Assembly: GCA_963796275.1 (NCBI GenBank)
Contig: CAWCKY010000007.1
Location: 672,001-736,000 of the forward strand
Source of the DNA: an uncultured Acidobacteriota bacterium
GTDB lineage: Bacteria; Acidobacteriota; Blastocatellia; RBC074
Length of the DNA: 64,000 nucleotides
Reading direction: 5' to 3'
Part shown: one piece after another, positions 29,240-39,353 of the stretch
Layout of the letters: every line of letters starts with the position of its first letter
How positions within the stretch are numbered: position 1 is the stretch's first letter
Position numbers and translations under genes: made by a program
Notes under the pieces: generated by a model
What the model saw: the letters and a program-made list of their open reading frames with translations, nothing else
Database searches by the model: none
Told to the model about the DNA's origin: nothing

Positions 29240-29566
29240 ATGAGTACACAAATACTGCTGTCTTCCCTCTACGTCTTTGCACTAGCTGCGTTCCTGGGGT
29301 ACCAGGTGATCTCTCGCGTCCCGCCTCTATTACACACACCGCTGATGTCGGCTACTAACGCCATCTCGGCGATTTCGGTGGTCGGAGCTCTCGTTACCGC
29401 TGGCGCAGACTATAACAATGTGAGCAAGATTCTCGGGCTTCTCGCGGTAATCTCGGCGATGATCAACGTCGTCGGCGGATTTATGATTACAGATCGAATG
29501 CTCAAGATGTTCAAGGATAAGGTCGGCGGTGGAAAGGAATCTGATGTGAAGGAGGAGAAGCGTTGA
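29240..29566 (+). CDS. pntA: NAD(P) transhydrogenase subunit alpha part 2 (membrane)
   Basis: VPPLLHTPLMSATNAIS and NVVGGFMITDRMLKMF. Confidence 0.95.
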   Translation: MSTQILLSSLYVFALAAFLGYQVISRVPPLLHTPLMSATNAISAISVVGALVTAGADYNNVSKILGLLAVISAMINVVGGFMITDRMLKMFKDKVGGGKESDVKEEKR

Positions 29567-30975
29567 TGGAACACAACAATACGGTTGGACCCACCTATCT
29601 CATCGAGCTCACCTACCTTCTTGCCTCGATCCTCTTTATTTTCGGTCTGAAAGGTTTGAGCAATCCGAAAACGGCTCGGCGCGGGATGAATATGGCAGCC
29701 GCGGGAATGCTGGCCGCCATCATCGGGACGTTGCTGCATCATGATATCGTCAGCTACGAACTTATCATTATCGGGTTGATCATAGGGAGCTTGATAGGCG
29801 CGGCGATGTCGATCTGGATGCCGATGACCGCCATGCCACAGCGGACTGCGCTTTCCCACGCATTCGGGGCGCTGGCAGCCTCGCTCGTCGGAATTTCGGA
29901 ATACTACCGCCACGTAGTGGATCTGGGTGAGGGGTTGCCGGCTTACAAAATGACCGCGCTGGGATTCGAAGTGCTCTTCGGCAGTCTGACGGTGACCGGA
30001 AGCCTCATCGCATTCGCCAAACTGCAGGAGTTGGTGCGGGGAACGCCGATAACCTACAAAGGACAGAATATCGTCAATGTCCTGCTTTTCGCACTCGCGG
30101 CGGGAATCTTCATATATCTGATCTTTGTGCCTACGTCGAGCACATTGTTCTATGTGATGGTCGGTTTATCGTTCCTCTTCGGCGTGTTGCTGGTAATGCC
30201 GATAGGTTCGGCCGATATGCCTGTCGTCATGTCCCTGATGAACTCATACGCGGGATTGGCCTCTGCCGCGACGGGATTCGCCATCGGGAACAACGTCCTG
30301 ATAATTGCTGGGACGCTAGACGGTTTTTCGGGATTCATCCTTTCCATACTCATGTGCAAAGCGATGAACCGTTCGATCACCAATGTACTCTTCGGTGCGT
30401 TCGGTTCGCCCGCGTCCGATAGCAGCACGATGGTTGAGGGCGGCGTCATGCGCGAAGTGAATTCAGACGACGTGGCCGTGCAACTGGCGTATGCGCGGCA
30501 GGTGGTCTTTGTGCCCGGCTACGGCATGGCGACCGCACAGGCTCAGCATGCCGTGCGGGAACTCGGCGATGCCCTCGAACACCGGGGCGTGATCGTCAAA
30601 TATGCGATTCACCCGGTTGCGGGGCGGATGCCGGGGCATATGAATGTCCTGCTGGCCGAGGCCAATGTGCCATATTCATCTCTTTACGAGATGGAGCAGA
30701 TCAATCCCGACATGAATGCGACGGATGTGGCGGTGGTGATCGGAGCCAACGATGTGGTGAATCCCGACGCTCGCGATAATCCGAAAAGCCCGATCGCGGG
30801 TATGCCTATAATCGAGGTCGACAGAGCACAATCGGTAGTCGTCCTCAAACGAGGGAAGGGAAAAGGATTCTCCGGGCTGGAAAACCCCTTGTTTTACAAA
30901 ACGAATACCGGGATGTTGTATGGCGACGCGAAGTCTTCTCTGACCAAGCTCGCGCAGTCTGTGCAGCAGACGTGA
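29563..30975 (+). CDS. pntB: NAD(P) transhydrogenase subunit beta
   Basis: MTAMPQ, IGSADMPVV, AMNRS, VPGYGMA, HPVAGRMPGHMNVLLAEA and GANDVVNP. Confidence 0.97.
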   Translation: MMEHNNTVGPTYLIELTYLLASILFIFGLKGLSNPKTARRGMNMAAAGMLAAIIGTLLHHDIVSYELIIIGLIIGSLIGAAMSIWMPMTAMPQRTALSHAFGALAASLVGISEYYRHVVDLGEGLPAYKMTALGFEVLFGSLTVTGSLIAFAKLQELVRGTPITYKGQNIVNVLLFALAAGIFIYLIFVPTSSTLFYVMVGLSFLFGVLLVMPIGSADMPVVMSLMNSYAGLASAATGFAIGNNVLIIAGTLDGFSGFILSILMCKAMNRSITNVLFGAFGSPASDSSTMVEGGVMREVNSDDVAVQLAYARQVVFVPGYGMATAQAQHAVRELGDALEHRGVIVKYAIHPVAGRMPGHMNVLLAEANVPYSSLYEMEQINPDMNATDVAVVIGANDVVNPDARDNPKSPIAGMPIIEVDRAQSVVVLKRGKGKGFSGLENPLFYKTNTGMLYGDAKSSLTKLAQSVQQT

Positions 30976-31055
30976 TAATAACCAGCGGGCAGTAGGCAGG
31001 TGGAATGCCCCGAACTTATGGGGCGAAGGGAACCGCATACTGCCCGCTGATAATC

Positions 31056-31350
31056 TTACTTAATCGTCACGCTTACCGTATTTGCCTGCCTATCATCGAC
31101 AGTCGTCTCGACATTCACCGGGCCGCATCCGATGAGACTCGGATGCAGGATATGTTGCCTGGTGCGATTCCGATCAACGCCGGCAAACGCCACCTGACAG
31201 CTCACTCCGCCGAATCGCTCTTGGCCGTTCAATGCGGGACCGAAACCCGGTTCCAAAAACGCACCGTTGCGACTTTCGCCTCGCGAGCGATCTCTATCGC
31301 CGCCCAGGATGACCCGATCGGTGGTTGGACTCAGATTGATCGGAACGCGA
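31056..31350 (-). pseudogene. decayed third copy of the C-terminal repeat domain of the upstream matrixin
   Basis: GGVSCQVAFAG...SLIGCGPVNVETTVDDRQANTVSVTIK matches GGVSCPVTFAG...SLAGSGAVNVMLTVDGSQANAVSVIIQ; the upstream part is frameshifted. Confidence 0.7.
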
Positions 31351-31465
31351 AGCTCCTTGACCAGAATCGCGCAGGCTGTGCAGCAGACCTGATGAATAAA
31401 GGTAGGCAGTTCGTTTCAACTGCAGAAATCAGTTCTCACGAACCGCCTACTGGTTTGTTTTAGTT

Positions 31466-34237
31466 TCACTGTATGATCACGCTAACCGCATTAGCCTGAC
31501 TTCCATCGACAGTCAACATGACATTCACCGCGCCGCTTCCGGCGAGGCTTTGTGGTAAGACAATGTTGGTCTGGTCGACTCCCATCAGACCAGTCGCACC
31601 GGCAAAAGTCACCGGACAGCTCACCCCTCCGATGGTGGCTATCGGCAGATCGTTGCGGAACCGAATTCCGGTTCCATAAAGACCCAATATGACTTGATCG
31701 GTCGAGGGACCCAGATTGATCGGGATGGCGACGACTCTACCCAACGCCGGATCGAAACGGGATATCTGCTCGTAAACGCTCGTACCGTTAGCTCTGATTC
31801 GAAATACGAATCCATACGGTATGCCGTTGACGTTGCCATCGAGGGTATAAAGCGCGGGCGCCACCGATTGAATTTCGATCGGCATCGTAAGCAAGCCGTT
31901 GGTGCCGTTCCTGAACGTGATAGTTGCGGTTCCGGGACGTGTCCCGGATGGGATTTGAAAGTTGACCTGACCCGGAGAAACATACGAGAGAGGCGCCAGG
32001 CGGGTGGTTCCAGCACTGTCGAGGATGGCGATCGAGGTCCCCGCGAGCGATGTCGGCAGAGGGTTGGTTGAAGCGACCGCGGTCGCATTTGCCAGGTCGG
32101 AGCCGAAAGCGACGGCCAGCGATTCAGGCGCGACCCGAGGTGAGTAATCAGCCTGTGAGAGAATGCCGGTTACCGCAGGCGTCACTGGGATGGAGCCGCC
32201 GATGCTCACTATGACCGTGTTTGCCGGTTGTCCATCGACGTTCATCGCGACATCAACCGTTCCGCGTCCACTTAGGCTTCGATCCAGCTCTATATTGACC
32301 TGGTCGATTCCGAGAGCGCCAGTCGTTCCGGCGAATGTCACCGGGCAGCTAACTCCGCCGATATTGACTGAAGGGAGTTCGCTGCGGAACCGAAAACCAG
32401 TGCCATAAAGACCCAGTATGAGTCTATCGGTCGGAGGCCCCGGATCAATCGGAACCAGGACGACCCTGCCGAGAGCCGGATCGAACCGGGTGATCTGTTC
32501 GTAAACGGCCGTGCCGTTAGCTCTGATTCGGAACAAGAATCCAGACGGTGCACCGTTGATATTCCCATCGACCGTGAACAGAGCGGGTGCCACGTTTTGA
32601 ATCTCGAGCGGTGCGATATAAGTACCGCCGGTCTCGTTTCTGACCACGATAGAACCCGATCCAGGCTGTGTTCCGGGAGGCATTTGAAAGTTGACTTGAC
32701 CAGGAGAGACATAGGAGAGCGACGCCTGACGTGTAGCTCCTGCGCTGTCGCGTATGGCGACCGACGTCCCTCCCAGTGATATGGGCAAAGGATTGGTGCT
32801 TGCTACTACGGTAGAGAAGGCCAAATTGGTGCCGAAAGCGACGGCCAGCGATTCGGGTGCGACTCGCGGTGAGTAATCAGCCTGTGAGAGTACGCTGGTT
32901 ACAAAAGGCGCCAGCTGGTTGGGAGGAATGATTTCGACGCCACCGGTCACAATAGTTCTCTGGAGTCCGTTATCGATGACGATATTGCGCGGTCCCAAAG
33001 GAGCCGTCGAATCCACACTGACGATCGCTACGATATATGCGAGGTTTTCGATGGTTCCAAATAATGTCTGAGTAATTGTGATTCCCGGGCCGGAGACGGA
33101 GAGCGGAGTGCCCCATAATGGCAAACCGCGACCTATGACTCCGACAGTCACATTGAATTGTCCCTGGACCAAGGTCGAACCGATTGTGAAAAAGAAGTTC
33201 CCGTCAGGTTCAAGAACCGCGTAGGATTCGAACGCCGGGGCCGCTGGTATCACCTGGAAATCGAACGTGGTGGTAGCTCCCGCATTGACGCCCACCATAA
33301 TGTCCGGGCTCGTCTGAAAATTTGTATTGATGCCAAGCTCGTAAAAGGTTGACAGGTTGATGCGGTTGAAAAATGGGTTGTCGATCGAACCGATAGGCTG
33401 GGCATAGATAGTGTAATTGCCCGAGGGGAGACCTTGAATTGAATATGTGCCGTCTGGTTCTGAGAGCGCGCCGGCGATCGCTATGCCATTGGTATCTACG
33501 GCGACGACGTGAGCACCAAAGATGGGGGTCGCAGCGAACAGATTCTGCACACGCCCGTTGATAGTACCGGTCGATGAGGAGAAATCGGGCGACGGGTAGA
33601 TAACCGAGGCGGCGATCTGATCGTCCGGTGACAGCGAGCGCGCCTGAATACGGCCATCTCCGGTTCGCGGGAACATCGTCGATGCCGCGTTGGGAGAATG
33701 ATCGAGGCCGATGCAGTGACCGATCTCGTGCGTCGCGACCTGTTGAATGTCGTACGCATCCGGTCTGCCATCAGTCGCCCAGGTGAAAAGATTCCCATTG
33801 AAAACGACGAAGAGATCGACGATTTCACCATTGATGGATCCGATAAATGAAACGGCTAACGCATCGGAGATATCGATATCGTCTGTGATCGTCGTATCCT
33901 CCAGCCAAAAAATATCGAATGCATCGGGCAGGTTGGTTTTATCGGACGTAAAACTCGGTCCTTTCGCAAAAGCGATAGTACTGTTCGGAACGTTCTCCCA
34001 GGATTGAAACGATCTGTCGATAGCCTGGTCGACTTCGAAGAAGGGGAGGTCATCGCTTCCGGCTGAATCGAGTCGATAGGTGATGCGACCATTGGATACG
34101 ATAGGCGTGGTCGGATTGGTGAGATTCCATGCGACTGGAGCGCCTGCGTCCGTCCGGATTCGCACGTAAGATTCCGTGGTGTGAATCGAGAGAAGAAGGA
34201 TTGCCACGAAAATAGAGAGTCTTATTATTTGTTTCAT
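31466..34237 (-). CDS. secreted matrixin-family (M10-like) metalloprotease with a carboxypeptidase-regulatory-like domain and two Solibacter-type (TIGR03437-like) C-terminal repeats
   Basis: Signal peptide; HEIGHCIGLDH and STMFP Met-turn; GTYSIQGLPSGNY; two ~235-aa repeats starting SQADYSPRVAPESLAVAFG with YVSPGQVNFQ. Confidence 0.88.
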   Translation of the reverse strand: MKQIIRLSIFVAILLLSIHTTESYVRIRTDAGAPVAWNLTNPTTPIVSNGRITYRLDSAGSDDLPFFEVDQAIDRSFQSWENVPNSTIAFAKGPSFTSDKTNLPDAFDIFWLEDTTITDDIDISDALAVSFIGSINGEIVDLFVVFNGNLFTWATDGRPDAYDIQQVATHEIGHCIGLDHSPNAASTMFPRTGDGRIQARSLSPDDQIAASVIYPSPDFSSSTGTINGRVQNLFAATPIFGAHVVAVDTNGIAIAGALSEPDGTYSIQGLPSGNYTIYAQPIGSIDNPFFNRINLSTFYELGINTNFQTSPDIMVGVNAGATTTFDFQVIPAAPAFESYAVLEPDGNFFFTIGSTLVQGQFNVTVGVIGRGLPLWGTPLSVSGPGITITQTLFGTIENLAYIVAIVSVDSTAPLGPRNIVIDNGLQRTIVTGGVEIIPPNQLAPFVTSVLSQADYSPRVAPESLAVAFGTNLAFSTVVASTNPLPISLGGTSVAIRDSAGATRQASLSYVSPGQVNFQMPPGTQPGSGSIVVRNETGGTYIAPLEIQNVAPALFTVDGNINGAPSGFLFRIRANGTAVYEQITRFDPALGRVVLVPIDPGPPTDRLILGLYGTGFRFRSELPSVNIGGVSCPVTFAGTTGALGIDQVNIELDRSLSGRGTVDVAMNVDGQPANTVIVSIGGSIPVTPAVTGILSQADYSPRVAPESLAVAFGSDLANATAVASTNPLPTSLAGTSIAILDSAGTTRLAPLSYVSPGQVNFQIPSGTRPGTATITFRNGTNGLLTMPIEIQSVAPALYTLDGNVNGIPYGFVFRIRANGTSVYEQISRFDPALGRVVAIPINLGPSTDQVILGLYGTGIRFRNDLPIATIGGVSCPVTFAGATGLMGVDQTNIVLPQSLAGSGAVNVMLTVDGSQANAVSVIIQ

Positions 34238-34251
34238 AGACCTAATCCTCC

Positions 34252-34824
34252 TTATCGAGTAGACGTAATGCGATTACGAAGTTCCCCAAGCGTAAGGCGA
34301 AAGGGCTTGGGAGATATCTGCTGGAAACCTCGGCCGCCGGGGGCGCGCTCGACGAATGTGATTCCCGATAAGTCCCGTTTGACTTCGCCGTTTTCGACAT
34401 TCATCTTGCCCTGTTTGAGCCCGACGACGATTAAGTCATTTTGCTTACTGCGCGTGGTAAACAACACGACCAGCTCGCCCGCTGTGAATATGGGGCGGCC
34501 CGCAAAATCCCATTTATGTCCGTTTATTTCGCCGCCAGGCTGCGTCACGGTGACGATCTGCGATGAGGTCAGAGACCCTTTGAGCGCCTCATCGATGCGC
34601 ACGAGAATGCGTGTAATGATGCGCGTTCGATCGGCATTCCATACGGCCTCGGTCGAGATCACCTGTCCGTAAATGACATCCGATGAGCGGCGGGTCAGAG
34701 CTTCTACACTCATATATTGCATGACTGTGGCATATACGGGCGCTACCATTGACGCCGCGAGGAGTGAGACTAGCAAGGATAGGCGCAGACGTGCTTTGCG
34801 CGCCGAAGAGGGTTGGTTTGTCAT
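34252..34824 (-). CDS. secreted protein resembling stand-alone N-terminal domains that precede matrixins
   Basis: Signal peptide; SVEALTRRSSDVIYGQV, PGGEING, GRPIFTAGELVVLF and VGLKQGK; ends 14 bp before the matrixin. Confidence 0.7.
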   Translation of the reverse strand: MTNQPSSARKARLRLSLLVSLLAASMVAPVYATVMQYMSVEALTRRSSDVIYGQVISTEAVWNADRTRIITRILVRIDEALKGSLTSSQIVTVTQPGGEINGHKWDFAGRPIFTAGELVVLFTTRSKQNDLIVVGLKQGKMNVENGEVKRDLSGITFVERAPGGRGFQQISPKPFRLTLGELRNRITSTR

Positions 34825-34856
34825 TGCGAAAAGACTCCTTTGAGATAGAGAGAGGA

Positions 34857-34872
34857 TGCGCTATCCGGGCCA
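34857..34872 (-). promoter_or_regulatory. putative sigma54 promoter
   Basis: Minus strand TGGCCCGGATAGCGCA (GG-N10-GC), about 33 bp upstream of ATG 34824. Confidence 0.4.
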
Positions 34873-35086
34873 GGAATGGATCTCGCTTGAACCCCCTCCT
34901 ATACTGTGGGTTGGTTGTTTATGAATAGTCGATACGAAATCCTTTATGAGGGGCTCATGTATGAGGATTCATGGATGAGGTCTCACGAGGACTAAAGTTC
35001 GGCTTGATAGAGTTTGATGAATTGCTACAAACTCTTAATAAACTTACTCGATCTGGAATCAATCAGTCAATCAAATTAATGATTAA

Positions 35087-35641
35087 TCATTCAGTTTTTC
35101 GCAAGAGGTTTGAGTAGAGAGTCCATTTGCCATCGACCAGTCCGGCGACCAGAACATAGGTATGCAAACGGTTGTCTACGCGTATTTTATAGTTCCGTAA
35201 GACATTATCGGGAGGAATGCTCGGCAATGGAATCGAGTGACCTGGCTGCTGGTAGACGGCGTGTGCGAGCGAGGCTAGCTCATCAGGGTTCGCATTTCTG
35301 TCTAACATTTTCTTAGTGATGGAATTGATAACCTCATTTTGTTTGGCGCCTTTTTCGTTGATTTTGTCCAGGATGGCTTTTTTTTCGGCTAATTCACGGC
35401 TAGCCGTTTGAAATTTCATCTCGAAGTCTTTCGCTCTGGTTTCTGACGTCTGGAATTTGTCGTCTGCGGCGCTGTAATTTCGGTACACGACTGTTAGCAG
35501 AAGTAATGAGGCGAGAAATAACGCAGAGATTACAGTCAAAGCGAGTCGCAGGAATGCGCGCTTTTCGGCTTCGATTTGAATCGTCTGCCGTCGAACCATT
35601 TCGAACTCTTGTTGGCTGTACATCATAACGTTTGTGTTCAA
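35087..35641 (-). CDS. hypothetical bitopic membrane protein with coiled coil
   Basis: One TM segment (LALTVISALFLASLLLLTVVY) followed by a heptad-rich segment. The start is uncertain. Confidence 0.6.
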   Translation of the reverse strand: MNTNVMMYSQQEFEMVRRQTIQIEAEKRAFLRLALTVISALFLASLLLLTVVYRNYSAADDKFQTSETRAKDFEMKFQTASRELAEKKAILDKINEKGAKQNEVINSITKKMLDRNANPDELASLAHAVYQQPGHSIPLPSIPPDNVLRNYKIRVDNRLHTYVLVAGLVDGKWTLYSNLLRKTE

Positions 35642-35849
35642 CCTCTGGTATGTTCAATTCCTGGTATGTTCAAACCCTGATTTTTGACTGTTACTCTATC
35701 ATCATGACATAAGCTTAAAGAACGCAAAAGAGTCGCGGTAAATTTCGAAACCGTAATTCGGATCGGACCGTTTAGGTGCATGTATCTCTATGGCAAGCTA
35801 TAATGTAAAACTGAAAACAATATCAAGAGGTTGTAAAAAACGAACTGCA

Positions 35850-37073
35850 ATGGAACGATCGCATATTTGGGCCATTCTGGCCTTTTTACTACTCATGCCC
35901 CTGTCTTTCTTCATAAGCTCCTGTCGCAGCGGTGAGCGGCCAGCTGCCGCGTCGAAAGATGGCGGGATCACTCTTCCGACCAAAGAAGTGAAACTCTCTA
36001 CGGCGGAGGCTCGCAAACTAACACGAACGATCATCGCTCCCGGCACACTCGCTGCGGATGAACAGGCGACTTTGAGTTTCAAGGTCGCGGGTCGTTTGAG
36101 CGAACTGAAGATCGATCTCGGCACTACCGTTCGTGATCGCCAAATGATTGCACAGCTCGAGACGCTGGAATTCAAGGTACGCCTACAACAGGCCGAAGCT
36201 GCGCTTCAGCAGGCGCGCGTCAGATTGGGTTTGACGCCGGAAGGCACCGACGATCGAATCAATCCGGAAAATACCTCGCTTGTGCGGGAAGCTCGGGCAG
36301 TCCTCAATGAGGCGCGCCTGACAAGGGAGCGGACGATCCAGCTCTACGAACAGGGGATCCAACCCAAGTCGCAGATGGATCGGGATGAATCGACTTTTCG
36401 CGTTGCCGAGAGCCGGTTCCAGGATGCGGAACAGGAGGTTCGCAACCGGCAGGGCATTTTGCTGCAGAGACGATCCGAACTCGAGATTGCCCGCCAGCAG
36501 CTGGCCGAGGCCGTGCTATATGCTCCATTCGATGGGGCGATCCGCGAGCGCCGCGCTACGATCGGGGAATTCCTGGCTGCCGGGACACCGGTAGCAGTGA
36601 TCGTTCGTCTGCATCCACTCCGCCTGCGCGTCGAGGTACCGGAACGCGAAGTCCACGGTATTCGCATCGGCCAATCGGTCCGGGTCATCGCTGAGGGCCA
36701 GCCCGATCAAGGCTATTCGGGCCGGGTGGCGCGATTGAGCCCGGCCGTTCAGGAACAGAGTCGCACCCTCATCATCGAGGCTGAAGTCGATAATCAGCAG
36801 GGGAGATTGCGCCCCGGATCTTTTGCCAAAGCTGAAATACAAACTAGTTCGACCTCGGATGTGATTATGGTGCCCGCCTCCGCGATCGTGAATTTTGCCG
36901 GGATTCAAAAAGTTTTCACCGTGAAAGACGGAAAAGCGGTCGAAAAGAATGTCATCGTCGGAAAAAGAGAAGATGAGTGGATTGTAGTCGATGGAATAGA
37001 AGCGAACGCACCTGTTGTCATGTCTCCCGGCAACCTCGTGGCTGGTCAGCCCGTCACGGTGAGCGGTCCATAA
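35850..37073 (+). CDS. RND-type periplasmic adaptor subunit (probable lipoprotein)
   Basis: ISSC lipobox-like motif, LSFKVAGRL, LYAPFDG, VPERE and LRPGSFAKA. Confidence 0.9.
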   Translation: MERSHIWAILAFLLLMPLSFFISSCRSGERPAAASKDGGITLPTKEVKLSTAEARKLTRTIIAPGTLAADEQATLSFKVAGRLSELKIDLGTTVRDRQMIAQLETLEFKVRLQQAEAALQQARVRLGLTPEGTDDRINPENTSLVREARAVLNEARLTRERTIQLYEQGIQPKSQMDRDESTFRVAESRFQDAEQEVRNRQGILLQRRSELEIARQQLAEAVLYAPFDGAIRERRATIGEFLAAGTPVAVIVRLHPLRLRVEVPEREVHGIRIGQSVRVIAEGQPDQGYSGRVARLSPAVQEQSRTLIIEAEVDNQQGRLRPGSFAKAEIQTSSTSDVIMVPASAIVNFAGIQKVFTVKDGKAVEKNVIVGKREDEWIVVDGIEANAPVVMSPGNLVAGQPVTVSGP

Positions 37074-37213
37074 ATACGGCTATTTTTAGCTGGCGACGGT
37101 ATTTGAAGAGATGGATCATCTCGGATTGAGATTATAGAAACTGTCTCGACAGGAGGCTCCTCTAGGGATTCGGGCGTGGAGAAGTGTCTGCCAATAAACA
37201 CGGATGATTTACT

Positions 37214-38080
37214 ATGCAGGGCGCATTGAACAGGGCCGTTCAGCCAGCTCACTCATTGCCGGCGGAGCCTATGATATCGATTCGGCCGGGCAGGAAATGG
37301 GCTCCCATTGACATAATGTCCTTGTGGTCTTATCGCGAGTTGCTCTATTTTTTGACGTGGCGCGATATTAGAGTACGTTACAGGCAGACATTGTTGGGAG
37401 CGATGTGGGCGGTCACCCAGCCACTCTTCACGATGATCATCTTCACGCTCTTCTTCAGCAAACTTGCAAAAATTCCCTCGGATGGAGTTCCGTATCCATT
37501 ATTCGCGTATGCCGGATTGCTTCCCTGGATATTCTTCTCTAACGCGGTGAATCACAGCAGCAACAGCCTGGTCGGGAACGCGCATCTGATCACCAAAATA
37601 TATTTCCCGCGCGTGCTCATACCAACCGCGTCGGTGGCCGCGGGACTGGTCGATTTTTCTGTAGCATTCGCGATGCTCGCAGTTATAATGGTCTATTACG
37701 GAGTGGCATTGACCTGGCACCTGTTGCTCTTGCCTTTCCTCGTCGTGATGACTGCCGCGCTGGCTCTGGGTGTAGGGATGTGGATGTCCGCGCTGAACGT
37801 GAAGTATCGCGACATCCGCTTCGCATTGCCATTCGCCCTTCAATTGCTGATGTTTATCACTCCTATCATCTATCCCTCGAGCCTGGTTCCCTCGCCGTGG
37901 CGGCAGTTACTGAGCCTGAACCCGCTGGCGGGAATAATTGAAGCATATCGGGCCTCTTTATACGGCATGCCCATCAACTGGCAATCTCTGGCTCTCGCAT
38001 CAGCCGTCGCCTTCCTCCTTCTGGTCCTCTCCTCTTTCTACTTCCACAAGACTGAGCGGACTTTTGCAGATATCGTATGA
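37214..38080 (+). CDS. wzm: ABC-2 polysaccharide export permease (Wzm-like)
   Basis: YRELLYFLTWRDIRVRYRQTLLG, KIYFPR, YRDIRF and LNPLAGIIE. Confidence 0.9.
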   Translation: MQGALNRAVQPAHSLPAEPMISIRPGRKWAPIDIMSLWSYRELLYFLTWRDIRVRYRQTLLGAMWAVTQPLFTMIIFTLFFSKLAKIPSDGVPYPLFAYAGLLPWIFFSNAVNHSSNSLVGNAHLITKIYFPRVLIPTASVAAGLVDFSVAFAMLAVIMVYYGVALTWHLLLLPFLVVMTAALALGVGMWMSALNVKYRDIRFALPFALQLLMFITPIIYPSSLVPSPWRQLLSLNPLAGIIEAYRASLYGMPINWQSLALASAVAFLLLVLSSFYFHKTERTFADIV

Positions 38081-38111
38081 GAGATTGGACTGACGAAGTT
38101 TCACCAAGCAA

Positions 38112-39353
38112 ATGAAGCCGATCATCAAAGTCGAAAAACTGAGTAAGAGGTACAGGATTGGTACGGGAGCCTCTCATAGCACGATACGCGATGCGGTTAG
38201 CGGTGTGATCCGATCTCCGCTCAGTTTGATTCGGCGTAACGGCAAATCCGAGGAGCGCACCTTTTGGGCGATCAAGGATGTAAGTTTCGAAGTTATGCCC
38301 GGTGAAGTCGTCGGCATCGTCGGCCGGAATGGGGCAGGCAAATCGACGCTGCTCAAAATACTCTCGCGGATAACGGAGCCGACGGTCGGGCAGGTAGATT
38401 TCTACGGTCGCGTGGGAAGCCTGCTCGAAGTTGGAACCGGCTTCCATCCCGAACTCACTGGTCGCGAGAATATCTATCTCAATGGCGCCATCCTCGGTAT
38501 GAAGAAAAGCGAGATCGAACGCAAATTCGATGAGATAGTCGATTTCTCCGAGATCGAGAAGTTTATCGATACACCCGTCAAGCATTTCTCGAGCGGAATG
38601 TATGTGCGCCTGGCGTTCGCCGTGGCTGCTCACCTCGATCCGGAGATCCTGATAGTCGATGAGGTGTTGGCGGTCGGCGATTTCGCTTTTCAGAAGAAAT
38701 GTCTGGACAGGATGCATACATTCAGCCGGGAAGGGAGAACGGTTATCTTTGTTACACACGATATGTCGGTGCTATCAAAGCTATGTCAAAAGGGCATTTT
38801 ATTAAAGGAAGGCCGTGTTGTCGTTGAAGGTGAAATGAAGTCGGTCATCAAATATTATATGAATTCCGGTGTTACTTCCCGCCAGGAATGGGAGCGTGCT
38901 TCAACCGATGTGGACGGCCGCGGTGTATCTATCCGAAGTGTCAAAGTGATTTCGAGCGAGAATGCTTTGACCGAGATGTTTCAATCCGATGAGTCTTGTT
39001 ATATTGAAGTAACTTATCAGGTCAACGGCCCCGATGTTAGCGGCCGCATTTTGCTAGAGATTGAAACAGGCGAAGGCGAGATCGTTTTAACTACGACGGA
39101 TTGTGATGGAAACGGCGGCATCGATATGCCTCGCGAGCCAGGTATCTATTCATGCCGATGTACTATCCCCCCGCATTTACTGGCTCCCGGAACATATGTC
39201 ATTAACGCCGCCGCGTCTCGGACCGATAAAATGGAATGGGACCGAGTCTCGCAGGCGTTGATGTTTCAGGTTTCCGAAATCGGAAGTTTATATATGGTAG
39301 ATGCGCGGCCGGGAGTGATCGCACCAGTACTGAATTGGGTGCGGCTCTTTTAG
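38112..39353 (+). CDS. wzt: ABC polysaccharide export ATPase with C-terminal Wzt_C domain
   Basis: GRNGAGKST Walker A, FSSGMYVRLAF, DEVLAVGD and a C-terminal Ig-like extension. Confidence 0.92.
   Translation: MKPIIKVEKLSKRYRIGTGASHSTIRDAVSGVIRSPLSLIRRNGKSEERTFWAIKDVSFEVMPGEVVGIVGRNGAGKSTLLKILSRITEPTVGQVDFYGRVGSLLEVGTGFHPELTGRENIYLNGAILGMKKSEIERKFDEIVDFSEIEKFIDTPVKHFSSGMYVRLAFAVAAHLDPEILIVDEVLAVGDFAFQKKCLDRMHTFSREGRTVIFVTHDMSVLSKLCQKGILLKEGRVVVEGEMKSVIKYYMNSGVTSRQEWERASTDVDGRGVSIRSVKVISSENALTEMFQSDESCYIEVTYQVNGPDVSGRILLEIETGEGEIVLTTTDCDGNGGIDMPREPGIYSCRCTIPPHLLAPGTYVINAAASRTDKMEWDRVSQALMFQVSEIGSLYMVDARPGVIAPVLNWVRLF

Noticed and set aside
31005-31463. + strand 152-aa ORF as a real gene
   Set aside because: It lies antisense to the decayed repeat-domain remnant and has no recognisable features
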